64,000 nt of DNA from a virus, in IMG/VR virus record IMGVR_UViG_3300027906_002394, positions 18,961 to 82,960 of that record. The stretch is one strand, 5' to 3'. Below the pieces are notes generated by a model. The model searched no databases. It was not told where the DNA came from and saw only the letters and a program-made list of their open reading frames with translations. Positions within the stretch are counted from its first letter, which is position 1, and every line of letters begins with the position of its first letter. This document shows positions 8,398-18,202 of the stretch, one piece after another. Both the position numbers and the translations under genes were made by a program.

Positions 8398-9772
8398 ACC
8401 TAATGAATTCTGGATTGAACAACTAAAACAGAAAAGAGAAAAGATTAATCAAATTAGTCCTTCTTTTTGTTCTGCTAAGTGGTTACAGACTACTCTGTAT
8501 TTGCAGAATGGTTATAATCACTCATGTCACCATCCTTCACCACATAAAATACCTGTGGAAGAAGTATTAGAGAATCCAGCAGCTCTTCATAATAGTAAGT
8601 ATAAGAAACAACAAAGAATTAAGATGCTCAATGGTGAGAGACCTAGTGAGTGTGATTACTGTTGGAGAATAGAAGACCAAGGTAAGGGACACTTCTCTGA
8701 CCGTCATTATAAGACTGCTGATTGGTGGTCATGGGATAAGGTTGATGTTATTGCAACCGACAACCCAAGTAAAGATGTGTATCCAACATATCTAGAAGTA
8801 TCGTTCTCAAACGCATGTAATTTCGCGTGTGCTTATTGTTCACCAGAGATAAGTTCTGAGTGGATGAAAGATATAGAAAAGAATGGTGACTATCCTGTGG
8901 AGTTTGGTTCTGGTAATTTAGACTATTTAAAGTCTGTGGAAAAGTTTCCATATAAACACTCTGACCCGAACCCATATGTTGATGCATTTTGGAAATGGTT
9001 TCCAGAAGCACTTCCTCATCTAAGAGTATTTCGTATTACTGGTGGTGAACCCACTATGAGTAAAGATGTGTGGAAAGTAATAGATTACATATATGATAAT
9101 GCACAACCAGAACTGTCTATTGCAATTAATAGTAATCTTGGTACAGACCCAAGACTTATACAGAGACTTGTTGACGCATGTAACAAATTAAAAGACAAAG
9201 TTAAACAAATTGAGATATATACAAGCTGTGAAGCAACTGGAGAACAAGCAGAATATATTAGAGATGGATTAGACTATGATTACTGGCGTGGTAATGTAGA
9301 GAAGGTTTTATCAGAGACAGATGCTAATGTAGCAATGATGACTACATTAAACATATTGAGTATGACTACATTTGAGAACTTCATTGAAGACATAATGCAG
9401 TTAAGAATCAAATATAATAAAGATTTAGCAAATAACAGAATACCGTTAAGTATAAACTATTTAAGATTCCCGCCTCATTTACAATGTACTCTATTGGATA
9501 GAAATACTAGAATATCCTATGCATCTGACTATGAGTTAACCGCGAAGATTTGGTTGAAATATAATTCACCAGACAAGTTCGCAAGAATTTATTTGGAAGA
9601 GTATGACCAGATACAGAGGTTCTGCGAATACCTTAGGCAAGAACATAAAGGTGCTGAAAAATATAGAGCAGACTTTGTAAATTATATAAAAGCCTACGAT
9701 ATCAGAAGGTCGAAAAACTTTAGCAAAACTTTTCCAGAATATAAACATTTATTGGAGTGGTGGGATGCCTAA
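8378..9772 (+). CDS. N-terminal twitch-domain radical SAM protein (2/7)
   Basis: CNFACAYC, TGGEP; FCSAKW...SCHHP...ECDYCW. Confidence 0.9.
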   Translation: MSYVMSKPNEFWIEQLKQKREKINQISPSFCSAKWLQTTLYLQNGYNHSCHHPSPHKIPVEEVLENPAALHNSKYKKQQRIKMLNGERPSECDYCWRIEDQGKGHFSDRHYKTADWWSWDKVDVIATDNPSKDVYPTYLEVSFSNACNFACAYCSPEISSEWMKDIEKNGDYPVEFGSGNLDYLKSVEKFPYKHSDPNPYVDAFWKWFPEALPHLRVFRITGGEPTMSKDVWKVIDYIYDNAQPELSIAINSNLGTDPRLIQRLVDACNKLKDKVKQIEIYTSCEATGEQAEYIRDGLDYDYWRGNVEKVLSETDANVAMMTTLNILSMTTFENFIEDIMQLRIKYNKDLANNRIPLSINYLRFPPHLQCTLLDRNTRISYASDYELTAKIWLKYNSPDKFARIYLEEYDQIQRFCEYLRQEHKGAEKYRADFVNYIKAYDIRRSKNFSKTFPEYKHLLEWWDA

Positions 9773-9992
9773 AAAATATATTCATGTAAACATGCACAAG
9801 ATTCGTGCTAATAAAAAACACGGAACAAACGAACCTGTTCTTACAGTAAAAGAAGGAAGAAAAAATACCTATGGACATAGTGTAAAGATACATGGCCCTA
9901 GTGAGGTAATATACGGTGGGAATGATAAACCATTGTTACCCTGTGGTGCGAGAGTTGTTATAATGACAGAAGCGGAGATTGAAATTGAATAA
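9765..9992 (+). CDS. Small basic hypothetical phage protein
   Basis: 75 aa, overlapping both neighbours; HVN...EPVLTVK...CGARV pattern. Confidence 0.65.
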   Translation: MPKKYIHVNMHKIRANKKHGTNEPVLTVKEGRKNTYGHSVKIHGPSEVIYGGNDKPLLPCGARVVIMTEAEIEIE

Positions 9993-11487
9993 AGAATATG
10001 ACTTGATAAAGTATCGTAAAGATATTCTTGATACTAAGTCAAAGAGTTTTTGTGGTGCGAAGTGGTACAACGCTACTACATGGTTAGGTAGTGGTACTAC
10101 TGCTAGTTGTCATCACCCCCCAGCACATAAGATTCCGTTACACGAGATTGCAGCTGACCCATCCGCTATTCATAACACACAACACAAGAAGGCAATGCGT
10201 AAGATGATGCAACGCGGAGAGAGACCGCGTGAGTGTGAGTATTGTTGGAAAGTTGAAGATATGAAAGATGAAGCTGTTAGTGACAGAGTTTTTAAATCAA
10301 TCATATACACCAATGAAGATTTGAAGAAGGCACACGAGGCAGACTTTAACGATAACACATTATTAAAAACATTCGAGATTGCATTTGACCGAACATGTAA
10401 CCTTGCTTGTTCTTATTGTAACTCTAGTTTCTCTACCACATGGGCTAAGGATATAAAGAAACATGGCCCATATCAAAATATGGTATCAGATGGTGCAGCT
10501 GCCTTTCAACACGATGGTGCGTGGGCAGACCCATATGGTAAAAAGGAAGAGAACCCATATGTGACTGCTTTCTGGGATTGGTGGGAAGATGGACTATCAG
10601 AAAGTCTTGAGGAATTGAGAGTTACAGGTGGTGAACCGTTGATGTCTGACCAAGTATGGAAGTTGTTTGATTGGTTTGAAGATAATCCATCTGATATGAG
10701 ATTCGCAGTAAACTCTAACCTTATTGCGAAGAAAAGTATCGTTGATAGACTAATAGAAAAATCAAAAGGTGTTAAGAAGTTTCATCTTTATACTAGTTGT
10801 GAAGCAACAGGTAAACAAGCTGAGTATATAAGGGACGGACTTGACTATGAACTCTGGACTAACAATATAACGCGATTCATTAAAGAAGGTAACTATGAAG
10901 GCATCAATATAATGATGACTATTAATAGTTTATGTTTGTTTAGTATAACAGACTTCTTAGATGATGTATTTAAACTAAAAGAATTAACAAAAAGTAAGAC
11001 ACCTGTCTTTAGTGTTAACTTATTACGATTCCCTAGTTTCCAAAGTCCTCTTGCACTACCAGACCACATTAAAGACTATCTTAGAGAGAATCTATCTAGT
11101 TGGTATGAAGAAAATAAAGACAGACCATATTGGCATGACTTTGAAAAAGCAAGTGTTGAAAGGTTAATAGATTATCTGGTTATTGTTGATGCACCACATA
11201 GAAGAACAAGTGACAAGATGACCCTGTGGAGAGACTTCAAGACCTTTTATGGTCAATATGATAAACGAAGAGATAAAAGCATTTCTGTATTCCCAGAGAT
11301 TCTTACAGATTGGATAGACACTCTTCCAGATACAGAAACAAAACCTATAACAGTTATGCCAAGTGGGGATAGTACAGAACAGTACGCGGATGACCCAGAC
11401 TTGAAGAAGATTGCAGATGAAGAAGGATGGGTATTGAAACCAGACAATAAAAACATAGATGAAGCATTGGGGGATTACGACAAATGA
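9979..11487 (+). CDS. N-terminal twitch-domain radical SAM protein (3/7)
   Basis: CNLACSYC, TGGEP; FCGAKW...SCHHP...ECEYCW. Start uncertain (TTG 9979 or 9985). Confidence 0.9.
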   Translation: MKLNKEYDLIKYRKDILDTKSKSFCGAKWYNATTWLGSGTTASCHHPPAHKIPLHEIAADPSAIHNTQHKKAMRKMMQRGERPRECEYCWKVEDMKDEAVSDRVFKSIIYTNEDLKKAHEADFNDNTLLKTFEIAFDRTCNLACSYCNSSFSTTWAKDIKKHGPYQNMVSDGAAAFQHDGAWADPYGKKEENPYVTAFWDWWEDGLSESLEELRVTGGEPLMSDQVWKLFDWFEDNPSDMRFAVNSNLIAKKSIVDRLIEKSKGVKKFHLYTSCEATGKQAEYIRDGLDYELWTNNITRFIKEGNYEGINIMMTINSLCLFSITDFLDDVFKLKELTKSKTPVFSVNLLRFPSFQSPLALPDHIKDYLRENLSSWYEENKDRPYWHDFEKASVERLIDYLVIVDAPHRRTSDKMTLWRDFKTFYGQYDKRRDKSISVFPEILTDWIDTLPDTETKPITVMPSGDSTEQYADDPDLKKIADEEGWVLKPDNKNIDEALGDYDK

Positions 11488-11921
11488 AAATATTGATATG
11501 TGGATTGCCTGGCTCTGGGAAAACTACTCTTGGAAGAGAGTTGTCATATTATTTTGATATCCCTCTTATAAACGCAGATGTCCAAAGAGAATTTTATGAT
11601 AATTGGGATTTCTCTGAGACAGGTAGAATGATACAAGCTTTCCGTATGTCAAAATATGATTTCGGGATATTAGATTTTATTGCACCAATTGAACATTATA
11701 GAAAGTTGGTTGCAGCTGATTGTACTATTTTTATGAACACGATAGATGAAGGTAGATACGAAGACACAAACAAAATATTTGAACCCCCACTATCGTGTGA
11801 TTTTGAGGTAAAAGAATGGATAGAACTAAACCAACTACGCAGCTCCTTGGAAGGTTTCAACCGTGGCATAGAGGGCATACGGAGTTATTTAAAAGAGCAA
11901 TTTCCAAAACTGGTCAAGTAA
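11484..11921 (+). CDS. Adenylyl-sulfate (APS) kinase-like P-loop kinase
   Basis: GLPGSGKTT Walker A, NADVQR, DFS..GR, DFIAP and FEPP motifs of the CysC-like family. Confidence 0.7.
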   Translation: MKILICGLPGSGKTTLGRELSYYFDIPLINADVQREFYDNWDFSETGRMIQAFRMSKYDFGILDFIAPIEHYRKLVAADCTIFMNTIDEGRYEDTNKIFEPPLSCDFEVKEWIELNQLRSSLEGFNRGIEGIRSYLKEQFPKLVK

Positions 11922-12166
11922 TAATACAGTTAAGGGAAACGCCTTATGATGAGGACAACCCATATAGCCTACAAGAAAGACGGAGTATGATTTCAATTGC
12001 ACTTAATCAATCTGGATTTGAGTATGGTGTACATTATGAAATTATGGGAGTACCTAATGTAACGCATATTACTTATGGTAGAGATGTTGGATATAAAATT
12101 GAAAAGGAGTTATTGTTAGAGAATATAGAAGATATTTCTGCTACAAAAATTCGTAATGAAGAATAG
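11816..12166 (+). CDS. HxGH cytidylyl/adenylyltransferase-like protein
   Basis: GRFQPWHRGH, DNPYS, ISATKIR; own SD (GAGGT) upstream. Confidence 0.85.
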   Translation: MDRTKPTTQLLGRFQPWHRGHTELFKRAISKTGQVIIQLRETPYDEDNPYSLQERRSMISIALNQSGFEYGVHYEIMGVPNVTHITYGRDVGYKIEKELLLENIEDISATKIRNEE

Positions 12167-13457
12167 ACCTTACCTTTGCACCGCGCCATGGACGCATACT
12201 TATGTTTCCCCTCAAGGAGAGAGGAGACTGTGTTGTGCTAGCAGAGAAGAGGCAACATTTCAAAAACAGTATTTAGATAGTGGGACATCGGAAGGTAAAT
12301 TTGAACCACAGTCTTTAGAAGAACATTGGAATAGTGATTATATGAAAGACATTCGTAAAAGAATGTTATCTGGTGAAAAACTGAAACAATGTCAAGTATG
12401 CAATGACCAAGTTTTAAACCTACATACATATCGTCAATATTTTACAGAGACATTGTTCCCCCACAAAATAGAAGACATTATAGCGACTACGCGAGAAGAT
12501 GGACATTATGATAAGATGCCAGTCTCGTATGATTATCGTATTTCAAATCTATGTAACTTTAAATGTCGGATGTGTGGGGAACAATTGTCTTCAAGCTGGG
12601 AGGCAGAGAAGAAAAAACATAATCTCATCAATGTTAAAGAAGACCCTTGGATGGAACCTACTACTAGAAAGAAGATATCCAATTTCCAAGAGGAAGTGTT
12701 AGAAGAGGAATTACAAAAGGCAGTTGATAATAAAACCATAGAGGAAATATATTGGGTTGGTGGTGAACCTTTGATGTGGGAAAGACATTGGACTATTATG
12801 CAACAATTAGTAGACAATGGACACGCGAAGAATGTTACTATTCGTTATAATACAAATTTAAGTAGAGTCAAATATAAGGATTATGACTTATGGGAGATGT
12901 TACCCCATTTTAAGAATGTTAATATATGTGCCAGTATTGATGGTGCGTATGATGTAGGGGAATATATCAGAGATGGACTAGTATGGAGTGAGTGGATAGA
13001 AAATTTCAAGTCTGGTATGTTTTTGATAGACCAGTTTGGTGATGATGCGATGGTCTTTGATGTAACATTAACTACGCCAGGCTTATTTCATCTTGATAAA
13101 TTGTTTAATGTTGTTAAATCATTAGATGTAAAGTCATACTTTAAATTTACCTATGCATTTGACCCTAGTGTTGTTATGTCTCCGTTTTGTTTACCTAAAG
13201 ATGTGCTTTTACCAAAAGTTGACGCATTATTATCACATATTGAACCACAACTTACATGGAAGACAAAAGTTTATAAAGATTCTCTGGTTAACCTAATAAA
13301 TAGAGAGTCATTTGATGAACAATGGCCTGACACTTATAAAGATGGTTTGAAACGCGGAAAGTCATTTCAAGAATTCCTTGATAATATAAGAAACAGCAAA
13401 ATGAAGTTTGTAGACACACTTCAAGGTAATGCTGTGGATTGGTGGGGTAGAATATGA
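12156..13457 (+). CDS. N-terminal twitch-domain radical SAM protein (4/7)
   Basis: CNFKCRMC, GGEP; CTAPWTH...LCC...CQVC. Confidence 0.9.
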   Translation: MKNRPYLCTAPWTHTYVSPQGERRLCCASREEATFQKQYLDSGTSEGKFEPQSLEEHWNSDYMKDIRKRMLSGEKLKQCQVCNDQVLNLHTYRQYFTETLFPHKIEDIIATTREDGHYDKMPVSYDYRISNLCNFKCRMCGEQLSSSWEAEKKKHNLINVKEDPWMEPTTRKKISNFQEEVLEEELQKAVDNKTIEEIYWVGGEPLMWERHWTIMQQLVDNGHAKNVTIRYNTNLSRVKYKDYDLWEMLPHFKNVNICASIDGAYDVGEYIRDGLVWSEWIENFKSGMFLIDQFGDDAMVFDVTLTTPGLFHLDKLFNVVKSLDVKSYFKFTYAFDPSVVMSPFCLPKDVLLPKVDALLSHIEPQLTWKTKVYKDSLVNLINRESFDEQWPDTYKDGLKRGKSFQEFLDNIRNSKMKFVDTLQGNAVDWWGRI

Positions 13458-14686
13458 GTAATACTTTCTGTCCATTACCTTGGAATCATTTAGCAACACA
13501 TCCACATGGTATGTGTACTCTTTGTTGCGAATCAGAACAGACATTGAATAAGTCAGCTGCGAAGAATGACAATGAGTTAGTAACATTACGAAACACTAAC
13601 TATGAACTTAGTGAAATAACCAATAGTGAAAGTTTCAGTAAGGTTAGACTACAAATGCTCAATGGCGAAAAACCAACCGAATGTAAAAAGTGTTGGGAAG
13701 CGGAAAGTGTTGGCAATAGAAGTAAGAGATATTATGAGTCACGCAAACTTCCTATGACTTTGGAAGACGCCAAAAAAATTACGAATGATGATGGAACCTT
13801 AAAGGAGGTTAAATATGAGTTCGTGGAACTACGCCTTGGTAATCATTGTAATGTTATGTGCCGTACTTGCAACCCTTACTCCTCTTCTCGTTGGGTAAAG
13901 GAATGGGATGTTATATATCCAGAAGAACCTGTTATAAAGGATTACATATCTCAGTATAACATTAACTGGCCATTGGAACAAGATTTCTGGGACAGTCTAA
14001 TAAATTATTGTGATAATTTGAAGGTGTTATATATTAACGGTGGTGAACCTTTTCTTATAGACAAACATTTTGCCTTTTTGGAAACTTTGGTTCAAAGAGG
14101 AACTTCCAAAGACATTGAAATTGTATATTCTACTAACTGTACAATTATTAACCACACATATGAAGACATATGGAAAGAATTTAAATCTGTACAGTTTATG
14201 TTATCTATTGATGATATAGGTGAAAGGAACGAGTACATAAGAACCTATACCAAGTGGCCTAAGGTCTTAGACTTTATTGATTGGATGGATGATATAACTG
14301 ATAACAATGAAAACTTGAATTATAATATATTACAAACAGTATCTACATATAATGTCTATTATCTTCCAGAGTTTTATGACTACTTTGCAGGCAAAGATAT
14401 AAGTCATAACTTTGTTAAAGACCCTGCTCACTTTGACCCATTGATACTACCCCAGACAGTACAGAAAGCTATATTGGAGAGGACTAAAGGTTATCTTTGG
14501 CCTCCAGATTTACAACGAGGTTATAATGACCTAAAAAATTATTTTAATATAGAAGGCATCTCTTATACTGACCTAGACTCTATGAAAGTTTTCTTTGAGA
14601 AGACACGCGCTATGGATGTAACTAGGAAAGATAATTTTGAAATAACCTTCCCAGAATTTTATGAGTTGATTAAAGATTATGAGTGA
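13454..14686 (+). CDS. N-terminal twitch-domain radical SAM protein (5/7)
   Basis: CNVMCRTC, NGGEP; FCPLPWNH...LCC...CKKC. Confidence 0.9.
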   Translation: MSNTFCPLPWNHLATHPHGMCTLCCESEQTLNKSAAKNDNELVTLRNTNYELSEITNSESFSKVRLQMLNGEKPTECKKCWEAESVGNRSKRYYESRKLPMTLEDAKKITNDDGTLKEVKYEFVELRLGNHCNVMCRTCNPYSSSRWVKEWDVIYPEEPVIKDYISQYNINWPLEQDFWDSLINYCDNLKVLYINGGEPFLIDKHFAFLETLVQRGTSKDIEIVYSTNCTIINHTYEDIWKEFKSVQFMLSIDDIGERNEYIRTYTKWPKVLDFIDWMDDITDNNENLNYNILQTVSTYNVYYLPEFYDYFAGKDISHNFVKDPAHFDPLILPQTVQKAILERTKGYLWPPDLQRGYNDLKNYFNIEGISYTDLDSMKVFFEKTRAMDVTRKDNFEITFPEFYELIKDYE

Positions 14687-15914
14687 TAAGAAGAATCTTT
14701 GTATGTTACCGTGGGTACATTTACACACATGGCCGAATGGTAATGTGTATCCCTGTTGTATTACACCCATGAAATATATTGCTGGTAATCTAAACAACGA
14801 AAGTTTAGAAGATGTCTATAATAGTGACTTGATAAAAGATATCCGTTTGAAGATGTTAAAAGAAGAAAGACATGATGCGTGTGCTAGATGTTATCTACAA
14901 GAGGATGCTGGTGGCCACTCTATGAGACATAGGGCAAATAAGAGTTGGAAACATTATGAGAATTTGATTGAGACAACACAAGATGATGGTACAGTAGAAG
15001 AAATGAAACTTCCATATTGGGACTTTAGGTTTTCTAACATATGTAACTTCAAATGCCGTAGTTGTGGCCCTCAGTTGAGTACTGGTTGGTATCCAGATAT
15101 AAAGAAGATTGCTGTATTAGAAACTGGTGAATCGTTTTTACCAGACGATGTTCCAAAAGGTAATACATTTGATTTGTGGGAACAGATAGAACCGCATTTT
15201 GAATCAGTAGAAGAAATATATTTCGCTGGTGGTGAACCTCTTATAATGGAAGAACATTATCGCATATTAAAGAGACTTGATGAGATGGGCAAACATGATG
15301 TACTCATTAGATATAACACAAACTTTAGTGAGATGCGATATAAAGATTTACATGTATTGGAGTTCTGGCCAAGGTTCAAGAATATAGAGATTGGTGCTAG
15401 TATAGATGGTATGAAGGAACAGGGTGAATTCATTCGTAGTGGTTTTAGTTGGCAACAATTCATCGACAATAGAGAGAAGATGAAAGAGACTTGTCCACAC
15501 GCGAACTTCTATGTTAACTGTACAATTAGTATACAGAACTCTTATCACATAGTACCCTTCCATCTTATGTTAGTTGAACTGGGGTTGATAGATGACTATG
15601 ATGCCTTTAATGTTAATATCGTAACTGAACCGCCTCATCTTGATGTTAGGATATTACCAGAGAACCATAAAGAAGCTTTATCGAAACTATATGACCTTCA
15701 TATTGATTATATGTCAAAAAATAGTAAGTGGGTTGCTAAACAAGGATTTGAAAGTTTAAAGAATCATTTGCTTACTAAGGATAGAGTATTAGAGGATAAT
15801 AGGAAAGGATATCTTGCTAGATTTGAATATAAGATGAGACAGTTGGATGATATAAGGAACGAGGACTTCCAGAAAACATTCCCAGAACTAGAGGATTTAT
15901 ATAATGCCATTTAA
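14679..15914 (+). CDS. N-terminal twitch-domain radical SAM protein (6/7)
   Basis: CNFKCRSC, AGGEP; CMLPWVH...PCC...CARC. Confidence 0.9.
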   Translation: MSDKKNLCMLPWVHLHTWPNGNVYPCCITPMKYIAGNLNNESLEDVYNSDLIKDIRLKMLKEERHDACARCYLQEDAGGHSMRHRANKSWKHYENLIETTQDDGTVEEMKLPYWDFRFSNICNFKCRSCGPQLSTGWYPDIKKIAVLETGESFLPDDVPKGNTFDLWEQIEPHFESVEEIYFAGGEPLIMEEHYRILKRLDEMGKHDVLIRYNTNFSEMRYKDLHVLEFWPRFKNIEIGASIDGMKEQGEFIRSGFSWQQFIDNREKMKETCPHANFYVNCTISIQNSYHIVPFHLMLVELGLIDDYDAFNVNIVTEPPHLDVRILPENHKEALSKLYDLHIDYMSKNSKWVAKQGFESLKNHLLTKDRVLEDNRKGYLARFEYKMRQLDDIRNEDFQKTFPELEDLYNAI

Positions 15915-17028
15915 AGAAAAAGATAGACCCAGAGATGATGATTATTTCTTTGCGGAGGATTATGCTGGTGTTAATGAATGTAAGGACGCTATAATAACTC
16001 TAAGACTACGCAATAGTAGAGATGATAGTATTGAACCTATGGAACTGAATATATCATTAGATGATAATCACGCGGTAGACATTTGGTATCAGAGATTTAA
16101 ACACGAACTAGAAACCAAAGCTTTCCTAAGAAAAGAACATGTCTTTATGGGAGAGAGCACCCTTACTACAGAAGACATGATAGAAAAAGTTAATAATACA
16201 TTAGACCATATATCCAAGTTTGATTTTGTTGCTGAACAATGGACAAGGTGGCCAGACTATGTTAAGGCAGACCAAAGAAATGTTCTTGACCAACCTCTTA
16301 GAAATAATCCAGATATATCAGAAAGGTTGAGTATAGAAGATTTTAAGGATGGTAATGATAATAAGAAGATGAATGTTATCCATAACTATTTTCCTATGTT
16401 GTCTGGCCCAGCAGAAAGAACTACTGCACATTTATATGTTGCTTCCCCAGATGTCCAAGCAAGTATATGTCGTTTGAACTTAGAAGTTCACGAACTTCAT
16501 ACTACATTGCAGAATGATGAACAGGCAGACTTCAACATGCATATTAATGTGTCATGGCAAAGAGCTCCAAAAAAGTTACCAGAACTACCAGATTGTTTTA
16601 ATGACTTGTTTACAAAATATGCTAAATTCGGTGATGTCTTACTTGGGTATCCTCAGATTGGAAAGACACATATAGAAGCATACGCGGAAGACGATGAAGA
16701 ATTAGAAGATGAACATGTAGAACCAATTAAGTTTTTATCTGGAGACATGTTAATTAAATTTGCTACAGACCAACATGAGAGTTGGGTAAAGGGGTTTGAT
16801 GAGTGGTTAGTTGAACAGGGACTAGACCCAGAAGATAAAAAAGGTAGATATGGATTTGCTAAATTAGGTAGGGTTGTTGATGCTGATTTGGAGTTTGTAG
16901 AAAATAATATTTCTGGTAAGTATGATGATATAGATAGAATTTCTGTTGATGGTAAACATTATTATTATGACTACAGTAGGTTTGATGATGACTATGAGGA
17001 AAGATTTTTAGGATATTTACATGACTGA
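15904..17028 (+). CDS. Hypothetical protein embedded in the radical SAM array
   Basis: 374 aa acidic ORF overlapping both neighbours; His-containing helices IHNYF and LEVHELH; GDVLLGYPQIGKT. Confidence 0.7.
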   Translation: MPFKEKDRPRDDDYFFAEDYAGVNECKDAIITLRLRNSRDDSIEPMELNISLDDNHAVDIWYQRFKHELETKAFLRKEHVFMGESTLTTEDMIEKVNNTLDHISKFDFVAEQWTRWPDYVKADQRNVLDQPLRNNPDISERLSIEDFKDGNDNKKMNVIHNYFPMLSGPAERTTAHLYVASPDVQASICRLNLEVHELHTTLQNDEQADFNMHINVSWQRAPKKLPELPDCFNDLFTKYAKFGDVLLGYPQIGKTHIEAYAEDDEELEDEHVEPIKFLSGDMLIKFATDQHESWVKGFDEWLVEQGLDPEDKKGRYGFAKLGRVVDADLEFVENNISGKYDDIDRISVDGKHYYYDYSRFDDDYEERFLGYLHD

Positions 17029-18202
17029 TAAACTGTGCGTATTACCTTGGGTTCATACAGAGTTCACTACAGATGGAACTGCTAACCCTTGTTGTCTTTA
17101 TACAGGCGCACCAATGGGAAATCTAAAACAAGATAATTTTCTTGATGTATGGAACGGAGACACTTATCAAAATTTGAGAAAGGAATTTCTTAATGGCGGA
17201 CAACCAAAAGGATGTTCTATGTGTTGGGAAGGAGAGGATGCTGGTTATCAGTCAAAACGATTACAGGATAATAAGAGATTTGAAAAACAACTAGAAGAAA
17301 TAAAGAAAAATAAAAACTATATTGCTACTGATACACCGAAATATCTTGATTTGAAATTTGGTACATTATGTAACTTAAAGTGCCGTACTTGTGGTAGTAT
17401 TAATAGTTCAAAATGGCAGACAGATGAAAAGAAATTGTATGGAAGAATACTAAACAAAAAAGACCCATTGTGGATTGATAAAAATCCTAATATATGGGAT
17501 GAGTTGTTTGAAATTATGCCTCTGGTAGAACAGATGGACTTCACAGGTGGTGAACCCTTTATGATAGACCAACACTTTGAATTGTTACGAAAAGTTGTTG
17601 AATCTGGTCACGCGGAACACATATCATTACATTATAACACAAATGGGTCAATCCGTCCAGATGAAACTATATTTAATATGTGGCAAGAGTTCAAGTCTTG
17701 TGAAGTGATGTTTAGTATTGACGGAATATTCAAGAAATTTGAATATATGAGACACCCAGCTAAATGGGATGAAGTGTGGGGTAATTATAATTACTTTAAG
17801 TCACATGATTGGATGCATATACAAGTATGTCATACAGTCAGTCTTTATAATGTATATTACCTAGATGAGTTTATAGACCTGTTTGGTAGAGACAATATAT
17901 ACCTAAATCTTTTGCATTTCCCTAAACAATATTGTATTAGGAATATGCCAGATGCATGTAAAAAACAGGTTGAAGAAAAACTTATAAATATTCCAGATGT
18001 GAATGATATCATATCCTTCATGAATCAAGAAGCACAATATGACAAGCTTGACCTTGGGTTTTTGCCTGTTACAGAAAGATTAGATGGAATAAGAAATGAA
18101 AGTTATAGTGAAACCTTTTCGGAATTTTATAGGATATTAATAGATGGCGGAATCGGACGAGAACCTTGGAACCCTAAGCAGTACTTTGGAAAGATTAGTT
18201 AG
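17021..18202 (+). CDS. N-terminal twitch-domain radical SAM protein (7/7)
   Basis: CNLKCRTC, TGGEP; CVLPWVH...PCC...CSMC. Confidence 0.9.
   Translation: MTDKLCVLPWVHTEFTTDGTANPCCLYTGAPMGNLKQDNFLDVWNGDTYQNLRKEFLNGGQPKGCSMCWEGEDAGYQSKRLQDNKRFEKQLEEIKKNKNYIATDTPKYLDLKFGTLCNLKCRTCGSINSSKWQTDEKKLYGRILNKKDPLWIDKNPNIWDELFEIMPLVEQMDFTGGEPFMIDQHFELLRKVVESGHAEHISLHYNTNGSIRPDETIFNMWQEFKSCEVMFSIDGIFKKFEYMRHPAKWDEVWGNYNYFKSHDWMHIQVCHTVSLYNVYYLDEFIDLFGRDNIYLNLLHFPKQYCIRNMPDACKKQVEEKLINIPDVNDIISFMNQEAQYDKLDLGFLPVTERLDGIRNESYSETFSEFYRILIDGGIGREPWNPKQYFGKIS

Noticed and set aside
9765-9992. Small ORF inside the rSAM array as a RiPP precursor peptide
   Set aside because: It looks like a folded basic beta protein with no leader/core pattern; no RRE/PqqD domain, peptidase or exporter is evident. 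Not fully excluded.
11790-11921. Possible frameshift fusion of the kinase and nucleotidyltransferase (106-nt overlap)
   Set aside because: No canonical slippery heptamer, and the downstream gene has its own GAGGT SD and ATG.
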